This document shows, in pieces, positions 48,169 through 57,484 of a DNA stretch of 64,000 nt (its first letter is position 1; the number at the start of each line of letters is the position of its first letter). The stretch covers positions 3,328,001 through 3,392,000 of the forward strand of contig OZ241869.1 of the NCBI GenBank assembly GCA_965202805.1. The letters are read 5' to 3'. Source of the DNA: Longimicrobiales bacterium (GTDB lineage Bacteria; Gemmatimonadota; Gemmatimonadetes; Longimicrobiales; Gaopeijiaceae). The position numbers and the translations under genes were made by a program. The notes beneath the pieces are model-generated. The model ran no database searches. It saw nothing but the letters and a program-made list of their open reading frames with translations, and was not told the origin of the DNA.

Positions 48169-49109
48169 AGCGCTTGCGAGCAGCCGACCGGGGGTTTGCA
48201 GGCCTGCGCGCGGCCGCGCCCTACGTCCGCCTCTTCCGCGAGCGCATCTTCGTCCTCAAGGTGGGCGGCGAGGTCCTGCAGAGCTCCGGGCGCATCGATG
48301 CTCTGATGGAACAGGTGGGCATCCTCAACTCCCTGGGGATCCGACTGGTTCTCGTGCACGGCGGCGGGCCCCAATCCACCGAACTCGCGCGCCGCCTGGG
48401 CCACGAGCCCCGAATGGTGGCCGGCCGCCGGGTCACGCGTTCCGAGGACCTGCGCGTCGCCGCCCAGGTGCTGAGCGGCGAGGTCAACACGGCGCTGCTG
48501 GGCGCCTGCCGGAAGGAAGGGTTTCACGCCGTCGGCGTCTCGGGTGTGGACGCCGGCCTGGTCACGGCCACGCGCCGTCCTCCCATGCACATGGAGGGGG
48601 AGGGCCCGGAGCCCGTGGACTTCGGATTCGTGGGAGACATCGATTCCGTCGACCCTTCGTCGCTGCACGTCTTCCTGGACCAGGGATGGGTGCCGGTGGT
48701 GAGCCCGCTCTCCGCGGACGCGGAGGGGCGACTTCTCAACATCAACGCCGACACCGTGGCGAGCGCGCTCGCGCAGGCGCTCAAGGCCACAAAGCTCGTT
48801 TTCACCATGTCGGCGCCCGGCATTCTCCGCGATCTTGAGGACCCGGCGACACTGATCTCCTACCTCGACCTGGCCGGGCTCCGCGAATTGCGCGAGCAGG
48901 GCGTGCTGGCCCGGGGCATGCTGGCCAAGGCAGCGGCCATCGAGAGCGCCATCGAGGGCGGCGTCCCGCGCGTGCATCTCATCTCTGGAAGCGCGCGCGA
49001 CAGCCTCCTGCGCGAAATCTTTACCAACGAGGGCTCGGGCACTCTCGTCGTGCGCAGCGTCGGAACGCTGTCGAGTGACGAGCAGCAGGCGGGGGAACCG
49101 GACGGCTGA
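48165..49109 (+). CDS. argB: Acetylglutamate kinase
   Basis: VLKVGG, VHGGGPQ, GRRVT, NINAD, GMLAK, EIFTNEGSGT; GTG overlaps argD stop. Confidence 0.93.
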   Translation: MKRLRAADRGFAGLRAAAPYVRLFRERIFVLKVGGEVLQSSGRIDALMEQVGILNSLGIRLVLVHGGGPQSTELARRLGHEPRMVAGRRVTRSEDLRVAAQVLSGEVNTALLGACRKEGFHAVGVSGVDAGLVTATRRPPMHMEGEGPEPVDFGFVGDIDSVDPSSLHVFLDQGWVPVVSPLSADAEGRLLNINADTVASALAQALKATKLVFTMSAPGILRDLEDPATLISYLDLAGLRELREQGVLARGMLAKAAAIESAIEGGVPRVHLISGSARDSLLREIFTNEGSGTLVVRSVGTLSSDEQQAGEPDG

Positions 49110-49206
49110 AGGCCGAGATCTCGTGGGTGTTCTCGGTTGTCGCGCAGGTGACCGCCACCGGGGACCTGTGGCGTAACCTTCCGGCGCGGAGAGCCATGCA
49201 TTAGCT

Positions 49207-49229
49207 TGTGTTCGGTATGTGTTCGGTAT
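49207..49229. promoter_or_regulatory. Direct repeat TGTGTTCGGTAT x2, containing GTTC-N7-GTTC (LexA-box-like)
   Basis: GTTC at 49210-49213 and 49221-49224, just upstream of RBS GAGGAGG. Confidence 0.5.
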
Positions 49230-49245
49230 CAGCGAGGAGGTTCTG

Positions 49246-50013
49246 TTGGCAACAGGCACCGGAATCGAATGGACGGACGCGACCTGGAATCCGGTCACGG
49301 GCTGCACGCGCGTATCCAAGGGCTGCGACAACTGCTACGCGGCGACCCTGGCGGGCAGACTGCTTCGGGACGCCTACCTCGCACGAGCACCAGTTGTCGA
49401 TTCGGACATCACGCGCGCCGACCCGTTCGCGGTTCGCATCTGGCCGGAGCGAATCACACAGCCGAAGAAGTGGCGCGAGCCGCGAATGATCTTCGTTAAC
49501 AGCATGAGCGATCTGTTTCATGCGCATGTCCCGGCGGAGTTTGTGCGCGAGATCTTTCGAACCATGCTCCGGGCCGACTGGCATACCTACCAGATTCTCA
49601 CCAAGCGTCCCAGCCGCGCCTTGCGCTTCTGGAGGCAGAACCGGGACCTGTTCGATGGCGACCCGTTGCCCGGGCACATCTGGCTTGGAGCCTCGGTTGA
49701 GGATCAATCGGTGGCCTACCGGGTTCGCCATCTGCGCAGTATCCCGGCAACGGTTCGATTTCTCTCCTGCGAACCGCTGATCGGTCCGCTCCGGCTTGAC
49801 TTAACGGGTGTCCACTGGCTGATTGCCGGCGGCGAGAGTGGTCCGGTGCGGCGTCCGATGAAGGCCGAGTGGATCATCGAACTCCGCAATCAGTGCCGGG
49901 CTGCGAACGTACCATTCTTCTTCAAGCAATGGGGCGGGCGGACGCCCAAAGCGGGTGGCCGGGAGCTCGAAGGCAGGTTATGGGATGAGATGCCAAGGGC
50001 GGCAGTCGGGTGA
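49246..50013 (+). CDS. DUF5131 (phage Gp37/Gp68-like) three-Cys-motif radical-SAM-like protein
   Basis: IEWTDATWNPVTGCTRVSKGCDNCYA, FVNSMSDLFH, QILTKR, SCEPLIG, GGESG, FFFKQWGG. Confidence 0.92.
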   Translation: MATGTGIEWTDATWNPVTGCTRVSKGCDNCYAATLAGRLLRDAYLARAPVVDSDITRADPFAVRIWPERITQPKKWREPRMIFVNSMSDLFHAHVPAEFVREIFRTMLRADWHTYQILTKRPSRALRFWRQNRDLFDGDPLPGHIWLGASVEDQSVAYRVRHLRSIPATVRFLSCEPLIGPLRLDLTGVHWLIAGGESGPVRRPMKAEWIIELRNQCRAANVPFFFKQWGGRTPKAGGRELEGRLWDEMPRAAVG

Positions 50014-50061
50014 ACAGCGCCACTTCATTCGACACCGGCGTTCCAGGCCGATTGGAAGACG

Positions 50062-50889
50062 ATGGCCCTCTACACTCCGACCGTGAAAGAGCACTCGCTC
50101 CGGAAGATCCGACTGCACAACTTCTATGTCTCGCTCTTCAGCACGGCGATGAAGAACCACTGGCCGCAGCGCGCCTACGTGGGGTTGTATTCAGGAGCTG
50201 GAAGAGCGCGGGTAGCCGAAACTGGCAAAATCGTTGTTACCACCGCACTCTCGGCTGTCCAGGCCCGTTACCCGTTCACGAAGTACATCTTCGTCGATAA
50301 CAATCCCCGCTGCATCGAAGCGCTCGAGGCGCGCATCCAAGCTCTCGAAACCAACGTCGACGTGAGTTTCATCGAGAAGGATGTGTCGGAAGCGGTCCCC
50401 GATGTCATCAGAGCGATGCCGACATACAGTAAGGCCAAAGGCCTTCTGTCGTTCTGTTTTGCCGACCCGTTCTCCGCCGAACTTGACTTCGAGATCTTCC
50501 GAACTCTGGGGAGCAAGTACAAGATCGATTTCCTTGTACTTCTCATGCTGGGGCGGGACGTACGAACGAACTTTCGCCAATACCTGCAGGACGAGAACGA
50601 CGACCGCATTGCCAGGCTCATCGATGATGAGAACTGGCGGGAGGAGTGGATCGCTGGCGGATATCGACGCAGCAACGTGATTCGATTCATGCTCGACAAG
50701 TTCGATCGAGCGATGACCAGAATTCGATATCAGCCCCAAAGGCCTGACGACGCTCATCCGATCCGATTGCTCGAAAAGAAGAATGTTCTGCTTTACTACC
50801 TCGTGCTATACAGCAAGCACGAACTGGGACGAAGGTTCTGGAAGGAAGCTCGGAGCGGAGTCGACGACCAACTTGATCTCCTGAAGTGA
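50062..50889 (+). CDS. Three-Cys-motif partner protein (TcmP-like, methyltransferase-like fold)
   Basis: HSLRK, YVGLYSGAG, FADPF, LYYLVLYSKHELG..FW; directly after DUF5131; visibly more AT-rich than flanks. Confidence 0.8.
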   Translation: MALYTPTVKEHSLRKIRLHNFYVSLFSTAMKNHWPQRAYVGLYSGAGRARVAETGKIVVTTALSAVQARYPFTKYIFVDNNPRCIEALEARIQALETNVDVSFIEKDVSEAVPDVIRAMPTYSKAKGLLSFCFADPFSAELDFEIFRTLGSKYKIDFLVLLMLGRDVRTNFRQYLQDENDDRIARLIDDENWREEWIAGGYRRSNVIRFMLDKFDRAMTRIRYQPQRPDDAHPIRLLEKKNVLLYYLVLYSKHELGRRFWKEARSGVDDQLDLLK

Positions 50890-50890
50890 G

Positions 50891-51700
50891 TCAGCCGCCC
50901 GGCCCCTCGAACATCCCTTCCGGCATCTCCAGCGACGCCTCCATGTTGTCGAAGTTCACGCGCGAGTAGCCGGTCGAGTCCGGGCGTCCCGCGGAGAGCA
51001 GCAGCGGGCCATGGCGGGTCCATTCCGTCCAGGCCAGCGTGAAGGCAGGCTCGGGGTCGCTGGCGTTGCGCCAGTGCTGCCAATAGGCCATCAGGCCCGT
51101 TTCGGGGTCCACCCAGCCGCGGTACTTGTTCTGGGGCGTGCGCCCGACGGCGTCGAAGGTGAGTTCCACCACTTCATAGGGCCGACCGTCCATTCCCCTT
51201 TCTCCCAGGTAGACGGTGTTGACCCCTGGGTCGGCCCATTTGTAGGGCATCAGCAGCCAGTAGGTATCGTTGATGAAGCTCCCATGGGCGCGATCCGCGA
51301 GCGAGTCGGAAACGGCGGGGTCGGTGACGAGTTCACCATCGAGCCAGATGCGCTCGCCCTCCGTGGGGTTGTTGGTGTCGATGACGGCCACGATCTCCTG
51401 TTCGCCCGAGGCGCCCTCCATACGATACGTCCCGCCCCACACGTCCCACCGGTGCGCACGCCGGTCGAGCACAGGGCCGCCGCGGTCCACCACCCGGTCG
51501 AAGGCGATGTAGCGCACGCGTTCCCATCCGCGGTCGGGCGCCATCTCCTCCATCATGCGGCTGTAGATGCGCTGGAGATCCGGGTCCTCGAAGTAGGTGG
51601 GGGGGCCGTCGTCCGCCGGAGAACATGCCGACATCCAGAGGGCGAAGGCTGCAAAGACCACGGGAATACGACGAATGGCCTGGAAAGAGATGGCACGCAT
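50891..51700 (-). CDS. Hypothetical lipoprotein
   Basis: MSAC lipobox; FINDTYWLLMPYKWADPGV and GRTPQNKY motifs. Confidence 0.7.
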   Translation of the reverse strand: MRAISFQAIRRIPVVFAAFALWMSACSPADDGPPTYFEDPDLQRIYSRMMEEMAPDRGWERVRYIAFDRVVDRGGPVLDRRAHRWDVWGGTYRMEGASGEQEIVAVIDTNNPTEGERIWLDGELVTDPAVSDSLADRAHGSFINDTYWLLMPYKWADPGVNTVYLGERGMDGRPYEVVELTFDAVGRTPQNKYRGWVDPETGLMAYWQHWRNASDPEPAFTLAWTEWTRHGPLLLSAGRPDSTGYSRVNFDNMEASLEMPEGMFEGPGG

Positions 51701-51871
51701 GGGCTCCTCCATGTACCGATGGGCAGACACCGGAATACTAGACGCGGGCGAGCCCCCCTGCCAGCGCCGGAGATGCCGCCGCCGGCGACCGAAGCCAGGA
51801 TTAGCCGCGACACTCGCGCTCCTGCGCCGCGCCGCGAGGCGGTCAGTCCGATCCTGCGCTGCGGACTCGTG

Positions 51872-52780
51872 CTAGTCTTCCGGCGAGTACAGCGTGGTGG
51901 TCAGATAGCGTGCGCCGTCGTCGGGCGAGATGGCGGCGACGCGGTGGCCGGGTCCGATCTCGCGCGCGATCTGCAGCGCTGCGCACACGATGGCGCCGCT
52001 GCTCATCCCCAGAAAAAGACCTTCCTCGCGGGCGAGGCGCCGCCCCAATGGGAAGGCGTCTTCCTCGTACACCGTGATCACCCGGTCGAGCACCGTCCGG
52101 TCCAGGTTCTCGGGGATGAACCCCGGTCCCATTCCCTGGAACTGGTGTTGCCCGCGCTCGCCTCCTGAAATCACCGGCGAGCGCGCCGGCTCGACTGCCA
52201 CCACCTCGATGTGCGGATCCATCTCCTTCAGGAATCGCCCCGCCCCGCTGATGGTCCCGCCGGTTCCCGATCCGTACACAAACACATCGATGCGCCCCTG
52301 CATGTCGGCCCAGAGTTCCGGCCCGGTGGTCTCGTAGTGGACGCGCGGATTGGCGGGATTGGAGAACTGGTCCGGGTAGACGGCCCCGGTCTCGGAAGCG
52401 ATGCGCTCGGCCTCCTCCCGCGCCGCAAGCATGCGCCGCTCCGGGTCGGTGAGGACGATATCGGCACCGTAGGCTTTGAGCGTGCGCTTGCGCTCTGCGC
52501 TCATCGACGAAGGCATGCAGAGGATGAGCCTGTATCCGCGCCAGGCCGCGATCTGCGCCAGGCCGATGCCGGTATTCCCGGAGGTGGGTTCGACGATGGT
52601 GCCTCCGGGCTGAAGAAGCCCCCGCGCTTCGGCGTCGTCGATCAGCGCCCGCGCCGTCCTGTCCTTGATCGAGCCGGCGGGATTCATGCCCTCCAGCTTG
52701 AGCCACACCTCCGCCATGTTCGGCTCCACGACGCGCACGAGGCGCAGCGTCGGCGTGCGTCCGATGAGTGCATCGATCAT
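51872..52780 (-). CDS. cysK: Cysteine synthase
   Basis: KLEGMNPAGSIKDR, EPTSGNTG, QFSNPAN, GTGGT, QGMGPGFIP, GMSSGA. Confidence 0.93.
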   Translation of the reverse strand: MIDALIGRTPTLRLVRVVEPNMAEVWLKLEGMNPAGSIKDRTARALIDDAEARGLLQPGGTIVEPTSGNTGIGLAQIAAWRGYRLILCMPSSMSAERKRTLKAYGADIVLTDPERRMLAAREEAERIASETGAVYPDQFSNPANPRVHYETTGPELWADMQGRIDVFVYGSGTGGTISGAGRFLKEMDPHIEVVAVEPARSPVISGGERGQHQFQGMGPGFIPENLDRTVLDRVITVYEEDAFPLGRRLAREEGLFLGMSSGAIVCAALQIAREIGPGHRVAAISPDDGARYLTTTLYSPED

Positions 52781-52826
52781 GGTCGCGCCATTTCCGCGCC
52801 GAGCGTCGGCCTCCCCTGGATTCGTC

Positions 52827-54575
52827 CTATCCGGACGCCCCGCTGTCCAGGTCCGGGTACTTCCGGTGGTGGTCGGTCGCGTCCTGGTACGCGCGCGCCA
52901 CCGTCAACAGTTCCGTCTCGCGGAAGGGCTGAGCGCAGAAGGTCATGCTCGTGGGAAGTCCGGCGTCGTTGAACCCGTTGGGCACCGCGAGTGCGGGATG
53001 GGTCGCGTAGTTGGTCATGCTGCTCGCGTTGCGGCCGTGGCTGTAGGGCGGCGGTTCGTCGGACTGTTGGCCGGGCGGGCGGCGCGGCCCCCGAGGGATG
53101 AGATAGACGTCCACGCCGGAGGTCGCCTCCGCGAGTTGCATCATCATCATGGTGCGCGCGCGCTGTGACTGGAGGTACTCGACCGCCGGGATCACCCGCG
53201 CGGAGCGCAATCCGTCGGCGCGGGTCTGGCGGCCCAGCAGTTCCGCCCTGCCGGAACGCAGCAGTTCGTCGAAGAAGACCGCCATCTCCACGCTGTGCGC
53301 GGTGACGGTGATCGACCATTCGGGGATGTGGATGGGCGTCAGCATGAAACCGAGGGACTCGAGCTCCTCGAGGGTGCGCTGGTGGGCGCTCCGGTAGTCG
53401 GCCTCCTCGATCTCCTCGAACGCCCCCTCCAGGTAGCCCACCCGCAGTCGGGTCGCCTCGCGGGTGCCGTCCCAGTTGAACGGCAGGTCCTGCACGCTCA
53501 GGTCGAGGCCGTCCGGGCGCGAGATGGCCCGCATCACCAGGGCGCAGTCCTCGGCGGAGCGGCACATCGGGCCCAGCCGGTCCTGGGTCCACGAGAGCGC
53601 CATCACCCCGTACCGGCTGATCCGGCCCAGCGTCGGACGAAGCCCGGTGAGGCCGCAGCGCGACGAGGGGCCCAGGATCGAGCCGCTGGTCTCGGTTCCG
53701 ATCGAGAAGCCGACCAGCCCGGCCGCCGTGGCCGATCCCGGACCCGCCGAAGAACCACCCGAGCCCGTCGACGGGTCCCAGGGGTTCATCGTCTGGCCCC
53801 CGAACCACTGGTCTCCGCCGGCCAGCTCGCCGGTGGTGAGCTTGGCGACCAGCACCGCGCCCGCCTCGCGCAGCATCTCGATGATCGATGCGTCCATGTC
53901 GATGACCTGGTCCTGGTAGGCAGGGGAGCCCCAGGTGGTCTTGTAGCCGCGGGTCGCGATGATGTCCTTGGCGCCCCAGGGGATCCCGTGGAGCGGCCCC
54001 CGGTAGCGTCCGGCGCCAATCTCACGGTCCGCCTCGCGCGCCTGGGCCAGCGCCAGTTCGTCGGTGAGGGTGACCACGCAGTTGAGCAGCGGGTTGTAGC
54101 GCTCCAGGCGCTGCAGGTACATCTCCGTGAGTTCGACCGAGGTGACCTGCCGCGTGCGGACGAGTTCCCCGAGCTCCCGCACCGTCCAGAACGCGACGTC
54201 CTCCAGGTTCGAGGGTCGCTCGATTCTCGGCAGGTCGCTCATCCTGAACGGCGTGACCGAGCGGTCGACCTGCATGCCCGGGACGAGCGGGTTGAAGTGG
54301 AAGGGCGGCGAGATGTCGTTGGGGATCTTCAGTTCATGAAGTTCCCGATAGTCGTCCAGCCGGTTATTCACCGACTCGACCATGCGCCCGCGTTCCTCCT
54401 CGCTGAACTCGAGGCCCGAAACAGCCAGGGCGTCGTCAAGCATATCGGCGGTGACTTCCCGGGCGCCGGCTTCCTGCATTCTGGCCCAGAGCACGCCCGG
54501 GAGCAGGGTGGCGCCCAACCCGGTTCCGGCGAAATGCGCCATGAACCGCCTGCGGGTGGTATTGGAGTCGAGCAT
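52827..54575 (-). CDS. Tat-exported amidase-signature enzyme
   Basis: TRRRFM Tat motif; GPLHGIPWGAKD, GGSSAG, GTETSGSI..PS. Confidence 0.9.
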   Translation of the reverse strand: MLDSNTTRRRFMAHFAGTGLGATLLPGVLWARMQEAGAREVTADMLDDALAVSGLEFSEEERGRMVESVNNRLDDYRELHELKIPNDISPPFHFNPLVPGMQVDRSVTPFRMSDLPRIERPSNLEDVAFWTVRELGELVRTRQVTSVELTEMYLQRLERYNPLLNCVVTLTDELALAQAREADREIGAGRYRGPLHGIPWGAKDIIATRGYKTTWGSPAYQDQVIDMDASIIEMLREAGAVLVAKLTTGELAGGDQWFGGQTMNPWDPSTGSGGSSAGPGSATAAGLVGFSIGTETSGSILGPSSRCGLTGLRPTLGRISRYGVMALSWTQDRLGPMCRSAEDCALVMRAISRPDGLDLSVQDLPFNWDGTREATRLRVGYLEGAFEEIEEADYRSAHQRTLEELESLGFMLTPIHIPEWSITVTAHSVEMAVFFDELLRSGRAELLGRQTRADGLRSARVIPAVEYLQSQRARTMMMMQLAEATSGVDVYLIPRGPRRPPGQQSDEPPPYSHGRNASSMTNYATHPALAVPNGFNDAGLPTSMTFCAQPFRETELLTVARAYQDATDHHRKYPDLDSGASG

Positions 54576-54761
54576 CGGAACAACCTCCGGTCCTGCGGTC
54601 TGAATGGGAGTACCCGTCAAGATGGGGACCACGGGCTGACGGTGCCAACCGCGAATGGCCGCGCGGGGAGAATGCGCTCCGGTGGGAACTCCGGCGCTCC
54701 ACGGTCCCGGCCGGAGCGGCGGCGGTGGAGGGGGGCGCGCGCGGATGCGTCCGGCGTCGGG

Positions 54762-56012
54762 CTATTTCGGCTGCTGAGGCTCCGTTTCCAAAGCCATCAC
54801 CAGGCCGCTGCGAATCTTGGGCTGAAACCAGGTCGACTTGGGCGGCATGATGCGATTCTGGCGACACACCGCCGCGAACTGACGAAGGGTGACGGGCGCG
54901 AGGGTGACGGCGTAGCGGTACCGGCCGCTGTCCACGCCCGCCTGCAGGAAGTCGAGGTCGCGGTCTCCTCCGACGAAGTTGAGTCTCTGGTCGCCCGGTT
55001 CGGCGATGCCGAGGACGGCATGGAAGAAGTTGCGCTGGACGATGTCGGCGTCGATGCACTCCACCGCGTTGCGCTCGTCATAGCTGCCGGGAAGAGGACG
55101 CAGTCGATACCAGGCGCGTCCGGCATAGAGGCCGATGTGGTGCGTTCGGGCGGGCTGATGCGCGTGTGGGACCTTCTCGATCGCGAAGCATTCGCGGAGA
55201 CCCGCGAGCACCGTCTTGTCCTCCATTCCGACATCGCGCACCAGCCGGTTGTACGGGGCCAGCGACATGCGGGCCATCGGGAAGAAGACGCACAGGAAGT
55301 GCTCGCGGTCGAGCATCGCGGCGGCGGCGCTGCGATGGTTGCCGTCGGCGACGTAGGCTTCCGGTTCGGAGGCCGCCAGTGCGACGAGACGCGCCTGGGT
55401 GGAGGGGTCGTCGATGAGCCAGATGTCGTGGCGGCACCCGCGGTCGTCGTCGGCTGCGTGGTCCGGCGCCCGACCTGACGCCAGGTGATCGAGAGTGCGG
55501 GCGAACTCTCCCGAGGGATCCGGGACGGCACAGTTGACCGTGCCAATGAACGCGGATGTGGCCTCGATGAGGCGGGCCCGCCCGCGCGCCTTCGGCTCGC
55601 GCACGCCCTCGTTGCGGATGATGGGGGCGCTCGGGGTGGCGTCGGTCCGGATCTCCCCGATGCGGGCCATGCCGCCGAGACCGATCTGGTCGACGCCGGT
55701 CCGGTTCGGGTCGTCGATGCGGTAGACGTAGAGCAGGTTGGGCGCGACCCGCACGCTGTCGCTGTCGATCAGTGCCCGCATGTTGGCGGCGGCGCGCGCG
55801 AGCGCGGGAGGGGAATCGGCGGCCAATTCCTCCTCCGCCCCCGGATCGCAGTGCGGCATGGTCACGCGGAGCACGCTCTCGGGCGTCCGCCGGATGAGCG
55901 CGCGCACCTCTTCGTCGCTCTGGAACTCGTCGTAGTTGGGGGCGCTCACGCGGGCGGCGGCGGCAGAATCGACCGGCACGAGCGCGCGGCGGATGGGACG
56001 GATGCTGATCAC
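54762..56012 (-). CDS. DUF1015 family protein
   Basis: PNYD, YVADGNHRSAAA, YNR, MPPKSTWFQPKIRSGL; probable GTG start at 56012. Confidence 0.85.
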   Translation of the reverse strand: MISIRPIRRALVPVDSAAAARVSAPNYDEFQSDEEVRALIRRTPESVLRVTMPHCDPGAEEELAADSPPALARAAANMRALIDSDSVRVAPNLLYVYRIDDPNRTGVDQIGLGGMARIGEIRTDATPSAPIIRNEGVREPKARGRARLIEATSAFIGTVNCAVPDPSGEFARTLDHLASGRAPDHAADDDRGCRHDIWLIDDPSTQARLVALAASEPEAYVADGNHRSAAAAMLDREHFLCVFFPMARMSLAPYNRLVRDVGMEDKTVLAGLRECFAIEKVPHAHQPARTHHIGLYAGRAWYRLRPLPGSYDERNAVECIDADIVQRNFFHAVLGIAEPGDQRLNFVGGDRDLDFLQAGVDSGRYRYAVTLAPVTLRQFAAVCRQNRIMPPKSTWFQPKIRSGLVMALETEPQQPK

Positions 56013-56269
56013 GGATCGAGGGACGCGGGGATGCAGGATTCGGCGGGTCGCTCGGAAGATCGCGCGGGGACCGATGGGCGGCAATCGGGTACAATCGGGC
56101 TCCGCTGACGGCCCGCGGCGGGAAGCGGCATGGGGCCGAGCCCGGGATCGCGGCATGTGCCGCCCGACGCGTGTGGGGTCGGATCCTCACTCGGTCGCGG
56201 CGGCTGGCCGGGCCGGCCGGTATGGCGTCCGGGCTTCCCATCCGTTCGTTCCCGATGGAGATTGACCGC

Positions 56270-57484
56270 ATGTGGCATCTCTCTTCGTTGTCGGCCGGCA
56301 TTGTTGCCGCCGCGCTGCTGCCGGCCGCCGATCCGGCGTGGTCGCAGGAGACCGGCGAGGTTGGTCCCGCCGGCGGCCTGACCGACGTGCCCGGGATCCG
56401 GGTGGGACACCACACCCTGGCGGAGCGTCCCACCGGGTGCACGGTCGTGCTGGCGCCCGAGGGCACGGTCGGGGGCGTCGACGTGCGGGGAGGGGCCCCC
56501 GGCACGCGTGAGACCGACCTGCTCGACCCGGTCAACACGGTCGAGATCGTGAACGCGGTCGTACTCGCGGGCGGCAGCGCCTTCGGGCTGGACGCCGCGA
56601 GCGGTGTGGTGCGCTATCTGGAAGAGCAGGGGGTGGGATACCCGGTCGGTCCGGTCGTGCGCGTACCGATCGTGAGCGCGGCAATCCTGTTCGATCTGGG
56701 CGTGGGCGGGGACTGGACAGTGCGTCCCGGACCCGAGTGCGGGTACCGGGCGGCAACGGGGGCGACCGAGGGTCCGGTGGAGTCCGGGAGTGTCGGTGCG
56801 GGCGCGGGTGCGACCGTCGGCAAGCTGGCGGGGATGGGCCGCGCGATGAAAGGAGGGGTCGGGAGCGCCTCCATCACGCTGCCCACCGGGCTGGTGGTAG
56901 CCGCCCTGGTGGCAGCCAACTCCGTGGGCGATGTCGTCGACCCGGCGACCGGCCGGGTGGTCGCAGGCACGCGCAGCGAGGACGGGACCACCCTGGCGGA
57001 CGCCCGCGTCCTCCTCCGTGCCGGGTCCTCGTCGGGCGGGTCGGCCGGCCGGAACACGACCATCGGGGTCGTCGCCACCAACGCGCGCCTCACCAAGGTG
57101 GAGGCCGCCCGGGTAGCCCTCATGGCCCAGGACGGGTACGCCCGCACGATCTACCCGGTGCACACCCCCGGCGACGGCGACACGACCTTCTCGCTCGCGA
57201 CGGGCACCCTCGGCGAGGGCGCGCGGGCGAGCGCCGGACAGGTGGGCGCGCTTGCGGCCGAGATGGTCGCGGAAGCGATCCTGGACGCCGTCCGCAGCGC
57301 AACCCCCCTCCCCGGCCTCCCCACCGCGACCGACATGGAACCCCCACCGGCCGACCGCGCCGACCCATCCGAGCATCCGACCGCCCCGCCTCGCGCACAC
57401 GTCGAGCCCGCAACCGACCCATTCGAGCATCCCGCCGCCCCGGCCCGCGACCATCCCGCCCCGCCCCCCACCCCCCGCCCGTGA
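56270..57484 (+). CDS. P1/S58 (DmpA/NylC-like) peptidase, exported
   Basis: LTDVPGIRVGH, GGAPGTRETDLL, GGSAFGL, GAGAGA, NTTIGVVATNA, HTPGDGDT. Confidence 0.9.
   Translation: MWHLSSLSAGIVAAALLPAADPAWSQETGEVGPAGGLTDVPGIRVGHHTLAERPTGCTVVLAPEGTVGGVDVRGGAPGTRETDLLDPVNTVEIVNAVVLAGGSAFGLDAASGVVRYLEEQGVGYPVGPVVRVPIVSAAILFDLGVGGDWTVRPGPECGYRAATGATEGPVESGSVGAGAGATVGKLAGMGRAMKGGVGSASITLPTGLVVAALVAANSVGDVVDPATGRVVAGTRSEDGTTLADARVLLRAGSSSGGSAGRNTTIGVVATNARLTKVEAARVALMAQDGYARTIYPVHTPGDGDTTFSLATGTLGEGARASAGQVGALAAEMVAEAILDAVRSATPLPGLPTATDMEPPPADRADPSEHPTAPPRAHVEPATDPFEHPAAPARDHPAPPPTPRP
57361..57445 (+). repeat. Imperfect 54-bp period repeat encoding a Pro-rich tail
   Basis: CGACCCATCCGAGCATCC at 57361 and CGACCCATTCGAGCATCC at 57415. 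Confidence 0.6.

Noticed and set aside
49110..50890. Prophage or att-bounded element around DUF5131 (Gp37/Gp68 label)
   Set aside because: No integrase, structural genes or convincing flanking repeats (only a 6-bp ctgaag match)
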